Source: an uncultured Clostridium sp.
GTDB lineage: Bacteria; Bacillota; Clostridia; TANB77; CAG-508
DNA: 64,000 nucleotides
Reading direction: 5' to 3'
Assembly (NCBI GenBank): GCA_930990555.1
Contig: CAKNPW010000007.1
Span: forward strand, 406-64,405
This document shows, piece after piece, positions 49,251 to 58,285 of the stretch (positions are counted from its first letter, which is position 1; each line of letters opens with the position of its first letter). The notes below the pieces were generated by a model that was given only the letters and a program-made list of their open reading frames with translations, did no database searches and was not told the origin of the DNA. The position numbers and the translations under genes are program-made.

Positions 49251-49344
49251 AATAGGAAAAATAGGGAAATAGGGACGTTCCTTAAAATCCCTATCAGAAA
49301 AAATCATTAAATGGGGATTTTAAGGAACGTCCCCAAATCCCTAG
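49251..49344. repeat. Palindromic repeat family, locus e: two inverted units forming a 20-bp perfect inverted repeat
   Basis: GGGACGTTCCTTAAAATCCC (49272-49291) and its exact reverse complement GGGATTTTAAGGAACGTCCC (49314-49333), separated by 22 nt. Fills the spoIIIAC-spoIIIAD intergenic gap. Confidence 0.85.
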
Positions 49345-49354
49345 AGGAGATAAC

Positions 49355-49741
49355 ATGGATATTATAAAAATAGTAGGAATTGGGATAGTTGCAGTAATTA
49401 TAATAACTATAATAAAGCAGTATAAACCAGAATTTGCTATTTATATTTCTATCATTGCTGGTATAATCATTTTTTTTATGGTTTTTGACCAACTCTCTGG
49501 AATAATTAATTTGATAAACGAATTAACGTCTAAAGCGAATATAAATAGTGATTTTATAAAAATACTTCTAAAAATTACAGGAATAGCTTTTTTAGCAGAA
49601 TTTGCAGTTCAAATATGTATGGATTTAGGAGAGTCTGCTTTAGCTAATAAAGTTGATTTAGGTGGCAAAGTTATAATAATTTCTCTTTCTATTCCAATAC
49701 TATCTTCATTAGTAGAATCTGTTGTACAAATTCTACCTTAA
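49355..49741 (+). CDS. spoIIIAD: Stage III sporulation protein AD
   Basis: 128 aa, four TM helices. Position in the operon. Confidence 0.85.
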   Translation: MDIIKIVGIGIVAVIIITIIKQYKPEFAIYISIIAGIIIFFMVFDQLSGIINLINELTSKANINSDFIKILLKITGIAFLAEFAVQICMDLGESALANKVDLGGKVIIISLSIPILSSLVESVVQILP

Positions 49742-49753
49742 AGGAGTTTGCAA

Positions 49754-50902
49754 ATGAAAAAACTAATAACAATATTTGCTATTCTGATTTGTATTTTTGG
49801 TACAAGTATTTCTATAGCAGATACAGAAGATGAAGTTATAAATTCTCAAATGGATTCATTTAATATTTCTAATTTTATAGATGAGGCCAACAAATATTCC
49901 AATGATATTCTTAAAGATATTGACATACAAGAATTGTTAAATAATGCTATAAAAGGAGAATTAGATACAAATCAATTATTAAAAAATATTTTTCCTCTTC
50001 TTGGCACAGAAATTAAAGAAGCATTAAAAGTTATGGGAAGTATATTAATAATTGTATTAATACATAGTGTACTAAAAAGTATAAGTGATAATCTAAATAA
50101 TAAAAGCGTAGCTCAAATTACATATTATGTACAATATATTTTAATTGCAACAGTAATAATGACTAATTTTTCAAACATTATATCACTTACAAAAGAAGCA
50201 GTAGGAAATATGATTTCTTTTATCCAATTATTATTTCCTCTTCTAATGACATTAATGCTTGCTTCTGGAAGTGTTGTGTCGGTAAATTTAGTACAACCAA
50301 TAATATTATTTATAATAAATTTAATTTCAAATATATTTCAATCAATAATCATACCAATAATCTTAGTAGGTACAGCACTTGCAATTGTTTCAAAAATATC
50401 AGATAGAATTCAAATAGACAAATTATCAAAATTTTTAAAATCAAGTTCAGTTTGGGTAATAGGAATATTACTTACAATATTCGTAGGAGTTTTGTCAATA
50501 GAAGGGACTTTAGGTAGTAGTGTAGATGGTATAACAGCAAAAACAGCTAAAGCTGCAGTTTCTAGTTTTATTCCTGTTGTAGGTAAAGTGCTAGGAGATG
50601 CAGTTGATACAGTAATTGGCTGTTCAGCAATTTTAAAAAATGCTATAGGAATAGTTGGTGTTATTGTAGTAATTGCTATATGTATAACACCAATATTAAA
50701 ACTAGCAATTATAACTATAATATATCATCTTACAGCAGCTTTATGTGAGCCAATAGCCGATTCCAAAATTGTATCATTAATAACTCAAATGGCAGATACA
50801 TTTAAGATATTACTAGCAATACTGTGTTCTATAAGTGTGATGCTTATAATTGGAATAACTTTAGTTATTAATATTTCTAATACAGGACTAATGTATAGGT
50901 AG
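49754..50902 (+). CDS. spoIIIAE: Stage III sporulation protein AE
   Basis: ATG 49754 after aaggag. Signal-like N-terminus then a polytopic membrane domain. Confidence 0.85.
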   Translation: MKKLITIFAILICIFGTSISIADTEDEVINSQMDSFNISNFIDEANKYSNDILKDIDIQELLNNAIKGELDTNQLLKNIFPLLGTEIKEALKVMGSILIIVLIHSVLKSISDNLNNKSVAQITYYVQYILIATVIMTNFSNIISLTKEAVGNMISFIQLLFPLLMTLMLASGSVVSVNLVQPIILFIINLISNIFQSIIIPIILVGTALAIVSKISDRIQIDKLSKFLKSSSVWVIGILLTIFVGVLSIEGTLGSSVDGITAKTAKAAVSSFIPVVGKVLGDAVDTVIGCSAILKNAIGIVGVIVVIAICITPILKLAIITIIYHLTAALCEPIADSKIVSLITQMADTFKILLAILCSISVMLIIGITLVINISNTGLMYR

Positions 50903-50910
50903 GTATTAAA

Positions 50911-51504
50911 ATGATTTCATGGTTTAATAGTTGGGCACAAGGAATTATTCTTGCAGTTATTATTGTAACTATTTTAGAAATGATTGTGCCAGAAGGAAAA
51001 AATAAAAAATACATAAAGATTGTTATGGGAGTCTATATTACATTTACAATAATTTCTCCAATAATTACAAAAGTTACTGGAAATAATTTTGAACTTGATG
51101 TTAGTAAATATGAAGATCTATTTAATTCAAATTCTGTACAAGGGGCAAACGAAATTACAAGTATTAATAATCAAAGTATAGAAAATTTGTATTTAAATAC
51201 TATTAAAACAGATATAAAGACAGAATTAGATAATGAAGGGTACGAAAGTAAAAAGATTAATATAACTGCAGATATAAATGTAGAAAACGAAGAAGCTAAA
51301 ATATACAAAATTGATATTGAGGTAACTAAAAAGCAAAATGAAAAAGATATAAAGAAAGTAAACAAAGTAGAGATAGGCAATAGTATAGATGAATCTAATA
51401 TAGAAGATTCTAATTTATCATCAGGTGAAGTAAATAAATTAAAAGAAGTATTAGCAGAAAAATACGAAATAGAAAAAGAAAAAATTTATATAAATGGAAA
51501 GTAA
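50911..51504 (+). CDS. spoIIIAF: Stage III sporulation protein AF
   Basis: 197 aa. N-terminal SWAQGIILAVIIVTILEMIVPEG motif typical of SpoIIIAF. Confidence 0.85.
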   Translation: MISWFNSWAQGIILAVIIVTILEMIVPEGKNKKYIKIVMGVYITFTIISPIITKVTGNNFELDVSKYEDLFNSNSVQGANEITSINNQSIENLYLNTIKTDIKTELDNEGYESKKINITADINVENEEAKIYKIDIEVTKKQNEKDIKKVNKVEIGNSIDESNIEDSNLSSGEVNKLKEVLAEKYEIEKEKIYINGK

Positions 51505-51517
51505 GGAGGTGGTATGA

Positions 51518-52126
51518 ATGTTAAAAGAAAAAATACAACAATTAAAGGAAAATATGACTAAAAGCGATAATAAAACTGGTAAGAAAAAAGTAGAAAATTT
51601 AGTAGTTGGAATACTTATATTAATAGTAACAGTAATTGCAATTAATACCATCTTGGCAGATGATGATAAAAAAGAAACAAGCAAGGATAGTAATACAGTA
51701 AATAACACGACAGTAGCAGAAACAACACAAGTAACCAATAATAGTTTAGAAGAAAGATTAGAAGGAATATTAGCCAAAATTAATGGTGTTGGAAAGGTAG
51801 ATGTATTAATTAATTATTCTGAAAGCACAGAAGTAGTTGCAATGTATAACGAGAACATAAAAGAAACATCTACAGAAGAACAGGATGAATCTGGAGGTAC
51901 TAGGGTTATAACAGAAAATGATATTCAAAGAGATGTAATATTTCAAGAAGATAATGGAGAGAAAACACCAATTACACAAAAGACTATTATGCCAAAAATA
52001 GAAGGAACGATAATAACTGCAGAAGGTGCAGGAGATGCAAATGTAAAGGAAAATATCATACAAGCAGTATCAGCAGCTACAGGACTTGCATCACATAAAA
52101 TACAAGTTTTCCAAATGTCAAAATAA
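51518..52126 (+). CDS. spoIIIAG: Stage III sporulation protein AG
   Basis: 202 aa. One TM helix and a C-terminal ring-building-type domain (GVGKVDVLINY ... IEGTIITAEGAGD). Confidence 0.85.
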   Translation: MLKEKIQQLKENMTKSDNKTGKKKVENLVVGILILIVTVIAINTILADDDKKETSKDSNTVNNTTVAETTQVTNNSLEERLEGILAKINGVGKVDVLINYSESTEVVAMYNENIKETSTEEQDESGGTRVITENDIQRDVIFQEDNGEKTPITQKTIMPKIEGTIITAEGAGDANVKENIIQAVSAATGLASHKIQVFQMSK

Positions 52127-52144
52127 ATAAAGGGAGAGAAAATT

Positions 52145-52726
52145 ATGAATTTAAAGAATATTAAAAGTAATCAAATTATTTTATTTGTTGTAGCATTAAT
52201 GCTAGTGTCAGCAGGATATTTAAGTTATAGTATGAAAGGAACCCCTGTTTCTAGTAACATTGTCTCAGAAAATGAGGTATCTAGTATTGGAGATGCACAA
52301 TTAGTTTCTAGTAATAACATTATAGATTCTAATAGTTTAAATGAAGTGAGTGTAGAAACTAGTAGTTCCTCTTCTAAAACTGATGATTATTTTGCAAGCT
52401 CTAGGTTAGGTAGAGATACTATGTATTCACAAATGATAGAAAGTTATCAAAATTTATTAGATAATCAAAATGTGAGTGAAGAGCAAAAAGCTGTAGCAAC
52501 ACAAGAAATAACGGAAATTAATAATACACAAAATAGTATTATGATTTGTGAAAACCTAATTAAGACAAAGGGAATTGATGATGTTGTTATTTTTGTGAAT
52601 GATAAAAGTATAAATGTAATTGTAAAAGCAGAGAATTTAGAACAAGATACAATAGCTCAGATTCAGAATATTATTGCTAGAGAAATGAATGCAGAGATAG
52701 AAAATATACATATTAGTAATAAGTAA
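52145..52726 (+). CDS. spoIIIAH: Stage III sporulation protein AH
   Basis: 193 aa. N-terminal TM helix and a C-terminal YscJ/FliF-like domain (DDYFASSRL..R). Last gene of the operon. Confidence 0.85.
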   Translation: MNLKNIKSNQIILFVVALMLVSAGYLSYSMKGTPVSSNIVSENEVSSIGDAQLVSSNNIIDSNSLNEVSVETSSSSSKTDDYFASSRLGRDTMYSQMIESYQNLLDNQNVSEEQKAVATQEITEINNTQNSIMICENLIKTKGIDDVVIFVNDKSINVIVKAENLEQDTIAQIQNIIAREMNAEIENIHISNK

Positions 52727-52906
52727 TTTGCGGTATTTTACATAAAGTGGTATAATTAATATGTTACAAGTGTTTTTTGCAAGTATTATATTTATCGCCA
52801 GGAATGGTAAGTACTCCTAAATATTGGACGGAAGAATAAATATAAACTTAAGGCTTGTACACTAAAGACAAAGGTACTCCTAGAAAGAGTACAAGGAGGA
52901 CTTAAT

Positions 52907-53155
52907 ATGTTAGGCAGAAAGAAAAATATTCAGTGGAAAGTAATCGAAAGTATTCTTATTGAAAATAGCGCCAAAATTACGAATTCTGAAATGTGGAAAG
53001 TCGTAATTTATCTTCCAATTAAAAAGGGAACTTTATACAAAAGAAATAAAGAAAATTTAGAACTTTTAGGTTGGACAGTGGTAGAAACTTTCGAGGAAGA
53101 ATATTTTATCGTTCCAACTGCAATGTTCTTTCTTCAGGATAAGTTAGTAGGGTAA
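52907..53155 (+). CDS. Hypothetical protein
   Basis: 82 aa. Strong RBS aaggagga. About 150-nt structured leader. No domain recognised. Confidence 0.4.
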   Translation: MLGRKKNIQWKVIESILIENSAKITNSEMWKVVIYLPIKKGTLYKRNKENLELLGWTVVETFEEEYFIVPTAMFFLQDKLVG

Positions 53156-53263
53156 CCTGCTAACTTTTTCTGCTTATACAATAATTTTATACAAATTCAA
53201 ATAAAACTCTTGAAATAAAACAATATAATTGATATCATATAATTTGCGTAAGGAGGCATATAA

Positions 53264-53767
53264 ATGAAATTAAACATTGTACTAGTAGAACCAGAAATAC
53301 CACAAAATACAGGAAACATTGTAAGAACTTGTGCAGCAACAGGAGCTAAATTACATTTAGTAGAACCATTAGGATTTCAAATATCAGATAGATATTTAAA
53401 GAGGGCTGGTTTAGATTACTGGGACAAGTTAGAAATAGAAAAACATATTTCTTTTGCAGAATTTCTAAAAAAATATGACCCTACACAAACAAATATGTTT
53501 TTTATTACATCTAAAGGTACACATAGATATGATGAACCTAAATACGAAAATATGGATGAAGTATTTTTGCTATTTGGTAAAGAAACAAAAGGACTACCAG
53601 AAGATATAATGAAAAAATATATTGATAAAACTATGAGAATTCCAATGATAGATGGAATTAGATGTTTAAATTTATCAAATGCTGTTTCTATTTTAGCATA
53701 TGAAGTTTTAAGACATACTAATTTTGAACACTTAAAAGAAACAAGTGAACGATTATTGGAAAATTAG
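53264..53767 (+). CDS. trmL: tRNA (cytidine/uridine-2'-O)-methyltransferase TrmL (SpoU family)
   Basis: NIVLVEPEIPQNTGNIVRTCAATG and the C-terminal LNLSNAVSILAYE knot motifs. Confidence 0.9.
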   Translation: MKLNIVLVEPEIPQNTGNIVRTCAATGAKLHLVEPLGFQISDRYLKRAGLDYWDKLEIEKHISFAEFLKKYDPTQTNMFFITSKGTHRYDEPKYENMDEVFLLFGKETKGLPEDIMKKYIDKTMRIPMIDGIRCLNLSNAVSILAYEVLRHTNFEHLKETSERLLEN

Positions 53768-53831
53768 GGCACAAATAGATATTAATATTATGTGTCGCAG
53801 TTTGTACTTATCAATTAGGGAGGTTTTTTAA

Positions 53832-54974
53832 ATGATTAAAAAAGTAGCAATTTTAGCAAATGGTGGAGATGTTTCAGGTTTTAATGCTGTTATAAGAGCA
53901 ATTAAAAAGACTTGCGAAACAAATGGAATTGAATGTTATGGTTATATTGATGGATACAGAGGTCTCGTAAACAATAATTACATTCGTTTAGATGGAAACG
54001 AAAAAGCTTCTGGTATTTTAACAAAAGGAGGTTCTATTATAGGTTCTTCAACAAATGCTATAGTATTCCATTATAAAGTAGAACATGAAGATGGAACAGT
54101 TACTTATGAAGATTTATCAGACCAATGTGTAAGAAATGTAAAAGAAGCAGGATTTGACTGTGTATTTACATTAGGTGGAGATAGTACACAAAAATCTGCA
54201 AGAGATTTATTCTTAAAGGGAATTAACACAATAGGTGTTCCAAAAACAATAGATAATGATGTTGCTTGTACAGATGTTACATTTGGATATAATACAGCTG
54301 TTCACGTTGCAACTGAAGCTTTAGATAGATTACATACAACTGCAGAAACACATGACAGAATAATGGTATTAGAGGTTATGGGTAGATTTGCTGGTTGGAT
54401 AGCTTTAGAGTCTGCTATTTCTGGAGGTGCAGATGTTGCTTTAATACCAGAGATTCCATATGATATAAATAAAGCTGCTGCAGCAATTAATAAAAGAAAA
54501 GAAAACGGAAAAAGATTTAGTGTTGTTGTTGTATCAGAAGGAGCTCATCCAATAAATGCAGAACAAACAACACATGCAGCAGAGGGTATTGATAATAAAG
54601 CAGGAATAAGTGTAAAATTCGGTGGAGAAGGAAATAGAGTTGCAAAACAACTTAAAGAGTTAACAGGACTAGATTCTAGATGTACAATTTTAGGATATAT
54701 GCAAAGAGGTGGAACACCAACAGCATATGATAGAGTATTATCTACAAAATATGGTGCAAAAGCTATGGAACTAGCAATGGAAGGAAAATTTGGAGTTTTA
54801 ACAGTTATTAAAAACGGAAAATTAGATTGTGTTCCATTAGAAATAGTTGTTGGAGAAAACAAAGAAATTGGTGCTGTTCAAGGTGGTACAGCAGAAAGTA
54901 ATGTAAGATATGTTACAATGGATGATGATTTAGTAAAAACAGCAAGAGATATTGGAATTTGTTTAGGTGATTAA
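53832..54974 (+). CDS. pfkA: 6-phosphofructokinase
   Basis: GGDVSGFNA, LGGDST, PKTIDNDV, MGR.AGW and GYMQRGG motifs. Confidence 0.92.
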   Translation: MIKKVAILANGGDVSGFNAVIRAIKKTCETNGIECYGYIDGYRGLVNNNYIRLDGNEKASGILTKGGSIIGSSTNAIVFHYKVEHEDGTVTYEDLSDQCVRNVKEAGFDCVFTLGGDSTQKSARDLFLKGINTIGVPKTIDNDVACTDVTFGYNTAVHVATEALDRLHTTAETHDRIMVLEVMGRFAGWIALESAISGGADVALIPEIPYDINKAAAAINKRKENGKRFSVVVVSEGAHPINAEQTTHAAEGIDNKAGISVKFGGEGNRVAKQLKELTGLDSRCTILGYMQRGGTPTAYDRVLSTKYGAKAMELAMEGKFGVLTVIKNGKLDCVPLEIVVGENKEIGAVQGGTAESNVRYVTMDDDLVKTARDIGICLGD

Positions 54975-55022
54975 TTAAAAAAATATTATATAAAAATCTT
55001 AAAAACAAATAACAAGAAAATA

Positions 55023-55053
55023 AAGCGGGAGGACTTTAATCTTCCCGCTTTTT
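55023..55053 (+). terminator. Intrinsic terminator after pfk
   Basis: aagcgggag..cttcccgctt followed by ttt. Confidence 0.8.
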
Positions 55054-55085
55054 CCATTTTTAATAGGTAAGCTTACTGATAAGAA

Positions 55086-55114
55086 TTGACATAATATTAC
55101 AAAAAAGGTATAAT
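55086..55114 (+). promoter_or_regulatory. Consensus sigma-A promoter of the DUF3419-like gene
   Basis: TTGACA (55086-55091), 17-nt spacer, TATAAT (55109-55114). Confidence 0.65.
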
Positions 55115-55150
55115 TAGTAATGGAAAAAATGAGTTGAAAGGGGAAGAAAC

Positions 55151-56149
55151 ATGATAAAAGTAAAAAACAATCTCAATGCAATTGCATTGCGGGAAAAACT
55201 TAGCAGTAACACTAAAGATATAGTACATATAAGGGGTGGTAATCCCTATGTAACAATGGCGCCGGCATGGACGTCTAACGAAAATAGTGGTTATATTCGG
55301 CAAATACTAAAACCTTCTGATACAGTTTTAACTGTAGCCAGTACATTAGACAATGTTATAGATATGGCATTATATGGAATACGAAATATATATGCTGTGG
55401 ATATTAATCCGTCACAACTACCTGTGTCTTGGCTTAAGTATGCTTCGGTTGTTTATCTTAAGGAGTATTCGGAGTTTTATGATTTTGTAGTATCAACATC
55501 TGAGAATACACTTTCCAGAGAAATTGGTAACAAAATATTAAATGCTGAAGAAAAAACAACCGAAGAAATCAAATTTTGGAGAATGTTATATGCTGATAAC
55601 ACAGCAATAGATATTCGACGGAAATATTTCGTAAATGAGCCATATTATATAGAAGAACACATGGAAAGAGTAATGCGTTTTGATTATATAAAACCAGACA
55701 AATGGAATGCAGCAAAAGATGCTTTAACTGCATCAACAATATATGTAGAAAATAGTGATATTTTTAACATGTACCTGCCAGATAATGCATTTGATGTGAT
55801 ATATCTATCAAACTTACATAACTTTTATATGCCTGATGATTATGTAAAAAAGATTAAAAAAATGCGTAGTCATTTAAGAGATAAAGGCAGAATTCTTCTA
55901 TACTGCATAGGTATGAAAGAAAACTGGTTTTATGCATGGGATAGAAGAAAATCTCCAGATATATCCGCTGATGATTTTAATCAGGATTACTATGAATTCT
56001 TTAATGACGTTAGAAGACAGATAATAGAAACTATGATAATGTATTCACTGCTAAAAGAAGAATTCAAAGTATGGATTATTCCGCTAAAAACAGGAGGAGG
56101 TTATATGTACTATAATACACCAACTGACTGTGTATTAGTTATACAGTAG
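55151..56149 (+). CDS. DUF3419-like (BtaA-like SAM-binding fold) protein
   Basis: VLTVASTLDNVIDMALYGIRNIYAVDINPSQL..WLK resembles the DUF3419 N-terminal motif. Codon usage is atypical for the window (three in-frame CGG, plus GCG/CCG). Confidence 0.5.
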   Translation: MIKVKNNLNAIALREKLSSNTKDIVHIRGGNPYVTMAPAWTSNENSGYIRQILKPSDTVLTVASTLDNVIDMALYGIRNIYAVDINPSQLPVSWLKYASVVYLKEYSEFYDFVVSTSENTLSREIGNKILNAEEKTTEEIKFWRMLYADNTAIDIRRKYFVNEPYYIEEHMERVMRFDYIKPDKWNAAKDALTASTIYVENSDIFNMYLPDNAFDVIYLSNLHNFYMPDDYVKKIKKMRSHLRDKGRILLYCIGMKENWFYAWDRRKSPDISADDFNQDYYEFFNDVRRQIIETMIMYSLLKEEFKVWIIPLKTGGGYMYYNTPTDCVLVIQ

Positions 56150-56183
56150 TAACTGTGGGACTGAAAATTTTAATCATTAACTT

Positions 56184-56216
56184 AACCGGAGGAAGAGGTA
56201 ATTCCTCCGGTTTCTC
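56184..56216 (+). terminator. Intrinsic terminator
   Basis: ccggagga-agaggtaat-tcctccgg followed by tttctct. Confidence 0.7.
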
Positions 56217-56303
56217 TATGTACATAAATTTTCTCTAAAAAAAATTTGAATTAAATAAAAAGTAGTGATATAATATATTAAAATTTTATAGGAGGTATAT
56301 GTT

Positions 56304-56441
56304 ATGGGAAGAAAGAATCGGAGGTCAGTAGGACCAAATGATAGTAAAGCGTGGAAGAAAAGTTCTGACGGGAAATGGGAACTTGTTTCTAAAAGGGACA
56401 AGAAACTTAACCACGAAAAGGAAAGCTTAAGAAAACCATAA
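56304..56441 (+). CDS. Small basic hypothetical protein (45 aa), below the ORF-track cutoff
   Basis: ataGGAGGtatatgttATG. MGRKNRRSVGPNDSKAWKKSSDGKWELVSKRDKKLNHEKESLRKP. Followed by a good terminator at 56448-56490. Confidence 0.35.
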   Translation: MGRKNRRSVGPNDSKAWKKSSDGKWELVSKRDKKLNHEKESLRKP

Positions 56442-56562
56442 CGTACAATAGGGTTGTAGCATATCAATAATGCTATAATCCTATTTTTTTATCAAAAATA
56501 ATGTTATTAAATTATATTAAACTGGAAATACTTATATAAATTATAAAATGGAGGTAGACATG

Positions 56563-58110
56563 ATGAAGATATATATAAATGGGGATTTTATAACTCTAGA
56601 GAATGACAATATAGAAGCGATTGCGATAGAAAATGATAAAATTATAAAAACTGGATCTAAAGCTGAAATAATAAAATTGGCAGATGATAATACAGAGATA
56701 ATAGATTTAAAAGGGAATACATTGATGCCATCATTTATAGATGCTCATAGCCATATATTTGCGTTAGCTAAAAGTTTAATGCAAATATCTATTGATGGCT
56801 TAACTAGTACCGAAGAAATTAAGAATTGCCTAGCCAAATATAAAAAAGAGAATAGAACAAATGAATGGATTATAGTAAATGGCTATGACAATAACATATT
56901 AAAGAATAGAGAACATATTACTAAACGCGAATTAGATGAAATATTCCCAGATATGCCTGTTATTATAGAAAATAAATCTAGACATAATGGTATTGCAAAT
57001 AGTAAAGCATTAGAAAAATTAGGCATAACAAAAACAACAGCAGCCCCAGAAGGTGGAAGAATTATTTTTGATACAGGATTATTAGAAGAAAATGCATTTA
57101 TTGATTCTCTTAAAAAGATACCTCTTCCAAAAATAGATGAAATTATGATTGCGTTTAAAGAAGCACAAGAAATATATGCATCACACGGAATAACTATGGC
57201 ACAAGAAGGTGTTATAACAAATGAATTAGCAAAAATATACAAATTATTGGCAAATAAGAATGAAATATTTCTTAACATAGTTGCATACATGGATTATAAA
57301 AATGTGGATAAAATAAAGAAAGAATATTGTGAATATATTAATAAATATAACAACAATTTTAAAATAGGTGGAATAAAAATATTTTTAGATGGTTCGCCAC
57401 AAGCAAAGACTGCATGGTTAAGAGAAGCGTATACAAATGAATCAGAATATTATGGATATAGAATAATGAAAGATGAAGATGTAGAAGAAATATTAGAAAA
57501 TACCAAAGAAAACAATTTACAAATATTAGCTCATTGTAATGGTGATAAAGCAGCAGAACAATATATAAATGCAATTAAAAAAGTTGCAGGATTAAAAAGA
57601 CCAGTTATGATACATGCGCAGCTTTTAGGATTAGATCAATTAGAAGATGTAAAAAAATATAATATAATACCTTCTTTCTTTATAAGTCATATATATTATT
57701 TTGGAGATATCCATATAAAAAACTTAGGTATAAAAAGAGCTGAACACATCAGTCCTGCAGGTTCAAGCCTAAAACATAATATATTGTTTACTTTTCACCA
57801 AGATACACCTGTTATAGAGCCTGATATGTTCGAAACAATTTGGTGTGCAGTAAATAGAATAACAAAAGAAGGTAAAGTGCTAGGAGAAGATGAAAGAATA
57901 TCTGTATTAGAAGCAATAAAAGCTGTTACTACAAATGCTGCATATCAATATGGAGAAGAAGATGTAAGAGGAAGTTTAAAAGCTGGAAAAAAAGCAGATT
58001 TAATTATTATAGACAGAAATCCACTAAAAGTATATAAAGACGATCTACGAAATATAAAAATTTTAGAAACTATAAAGGATGGAAAAACAATATATAAAAG
58101 TGACTTCTAA
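56563..58110 (+). CDS. Amidohydrolase family protein (Amidohydro_3 / YtcJ-like)
   Basis: ATG 56560/56563 after ggaggt. PSFIDAHSHI metal-binding motif. KIFLDGS, HCNGD, IHAQ, FHQD. Confidence 0.85.
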   Translation: MKIYINGDFITLENDNIEAIAIENDKIIKTGSKAEIIKLADDNTEIIDLKGNTLMPSFIDAHSHIFALAKSLMQISIDGLTSTEEIKNCLAKYKKENRTNEWIIVNGYDNNILKNREHITKRELDEIFPDMPVIIENKSRHNGIANSKALEKLGITKTTAAPEGGRIIFDTGLLEENAFIDSLKKIPLPKIDEIMIAFKEAQEIYASHGITMAQEGVITNELAKIYKLLANKNEIFLNIVAYMDYKNVDKIKKEYCEYINKYNNNFKIGGIKIFLDGSPQAKTAWLREAYTNESEYYGYRIMKDEDVEEILENTKENNLQILAHCNGDKAAEQYINAIKKVAGLKRPVMIHAQLLGLDQLEDVKKYNIIPSFFISHIYYFGDIHIKNLGIKRAEHISPAGSSLKHNILFTFHQDTPVIEPDMFETIWCAVNRITKEGKVLGEDERISVLEAIKAVTTNAAYQYGEEDVRGSLKAGKKADLIIIDRNPLKVYKDDLRNIKILETIKDGKTIYKSDF

Positions 58111-58285
58111 GAATGTCAAAAAAAACTAAAATTGCTTTCATAGTGATTTTGTTATATTTTGTAGTAATTATTGCAACTATATTATAATGCAGTATTTACT
58201 GCAAATAGTATTTGGATAAGTCTGGATAATGAAACTCTAAAAAATAAAATAACTATAGCAAAAAAATAAAATTTAGAAGAAGTTA

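Noticed and set aside
48474-49307. 277-aa minus-strand ORF, the longest antisense ORF in the track
   Set aside because: It lies entirely antisense to spoIIIAB/spoIIIAC, which are well supported by operon context. Its sequence is low-complexity (I/F/S/N-rich), as expected from reading an AT-rich coding region backwards. It has no RBS.
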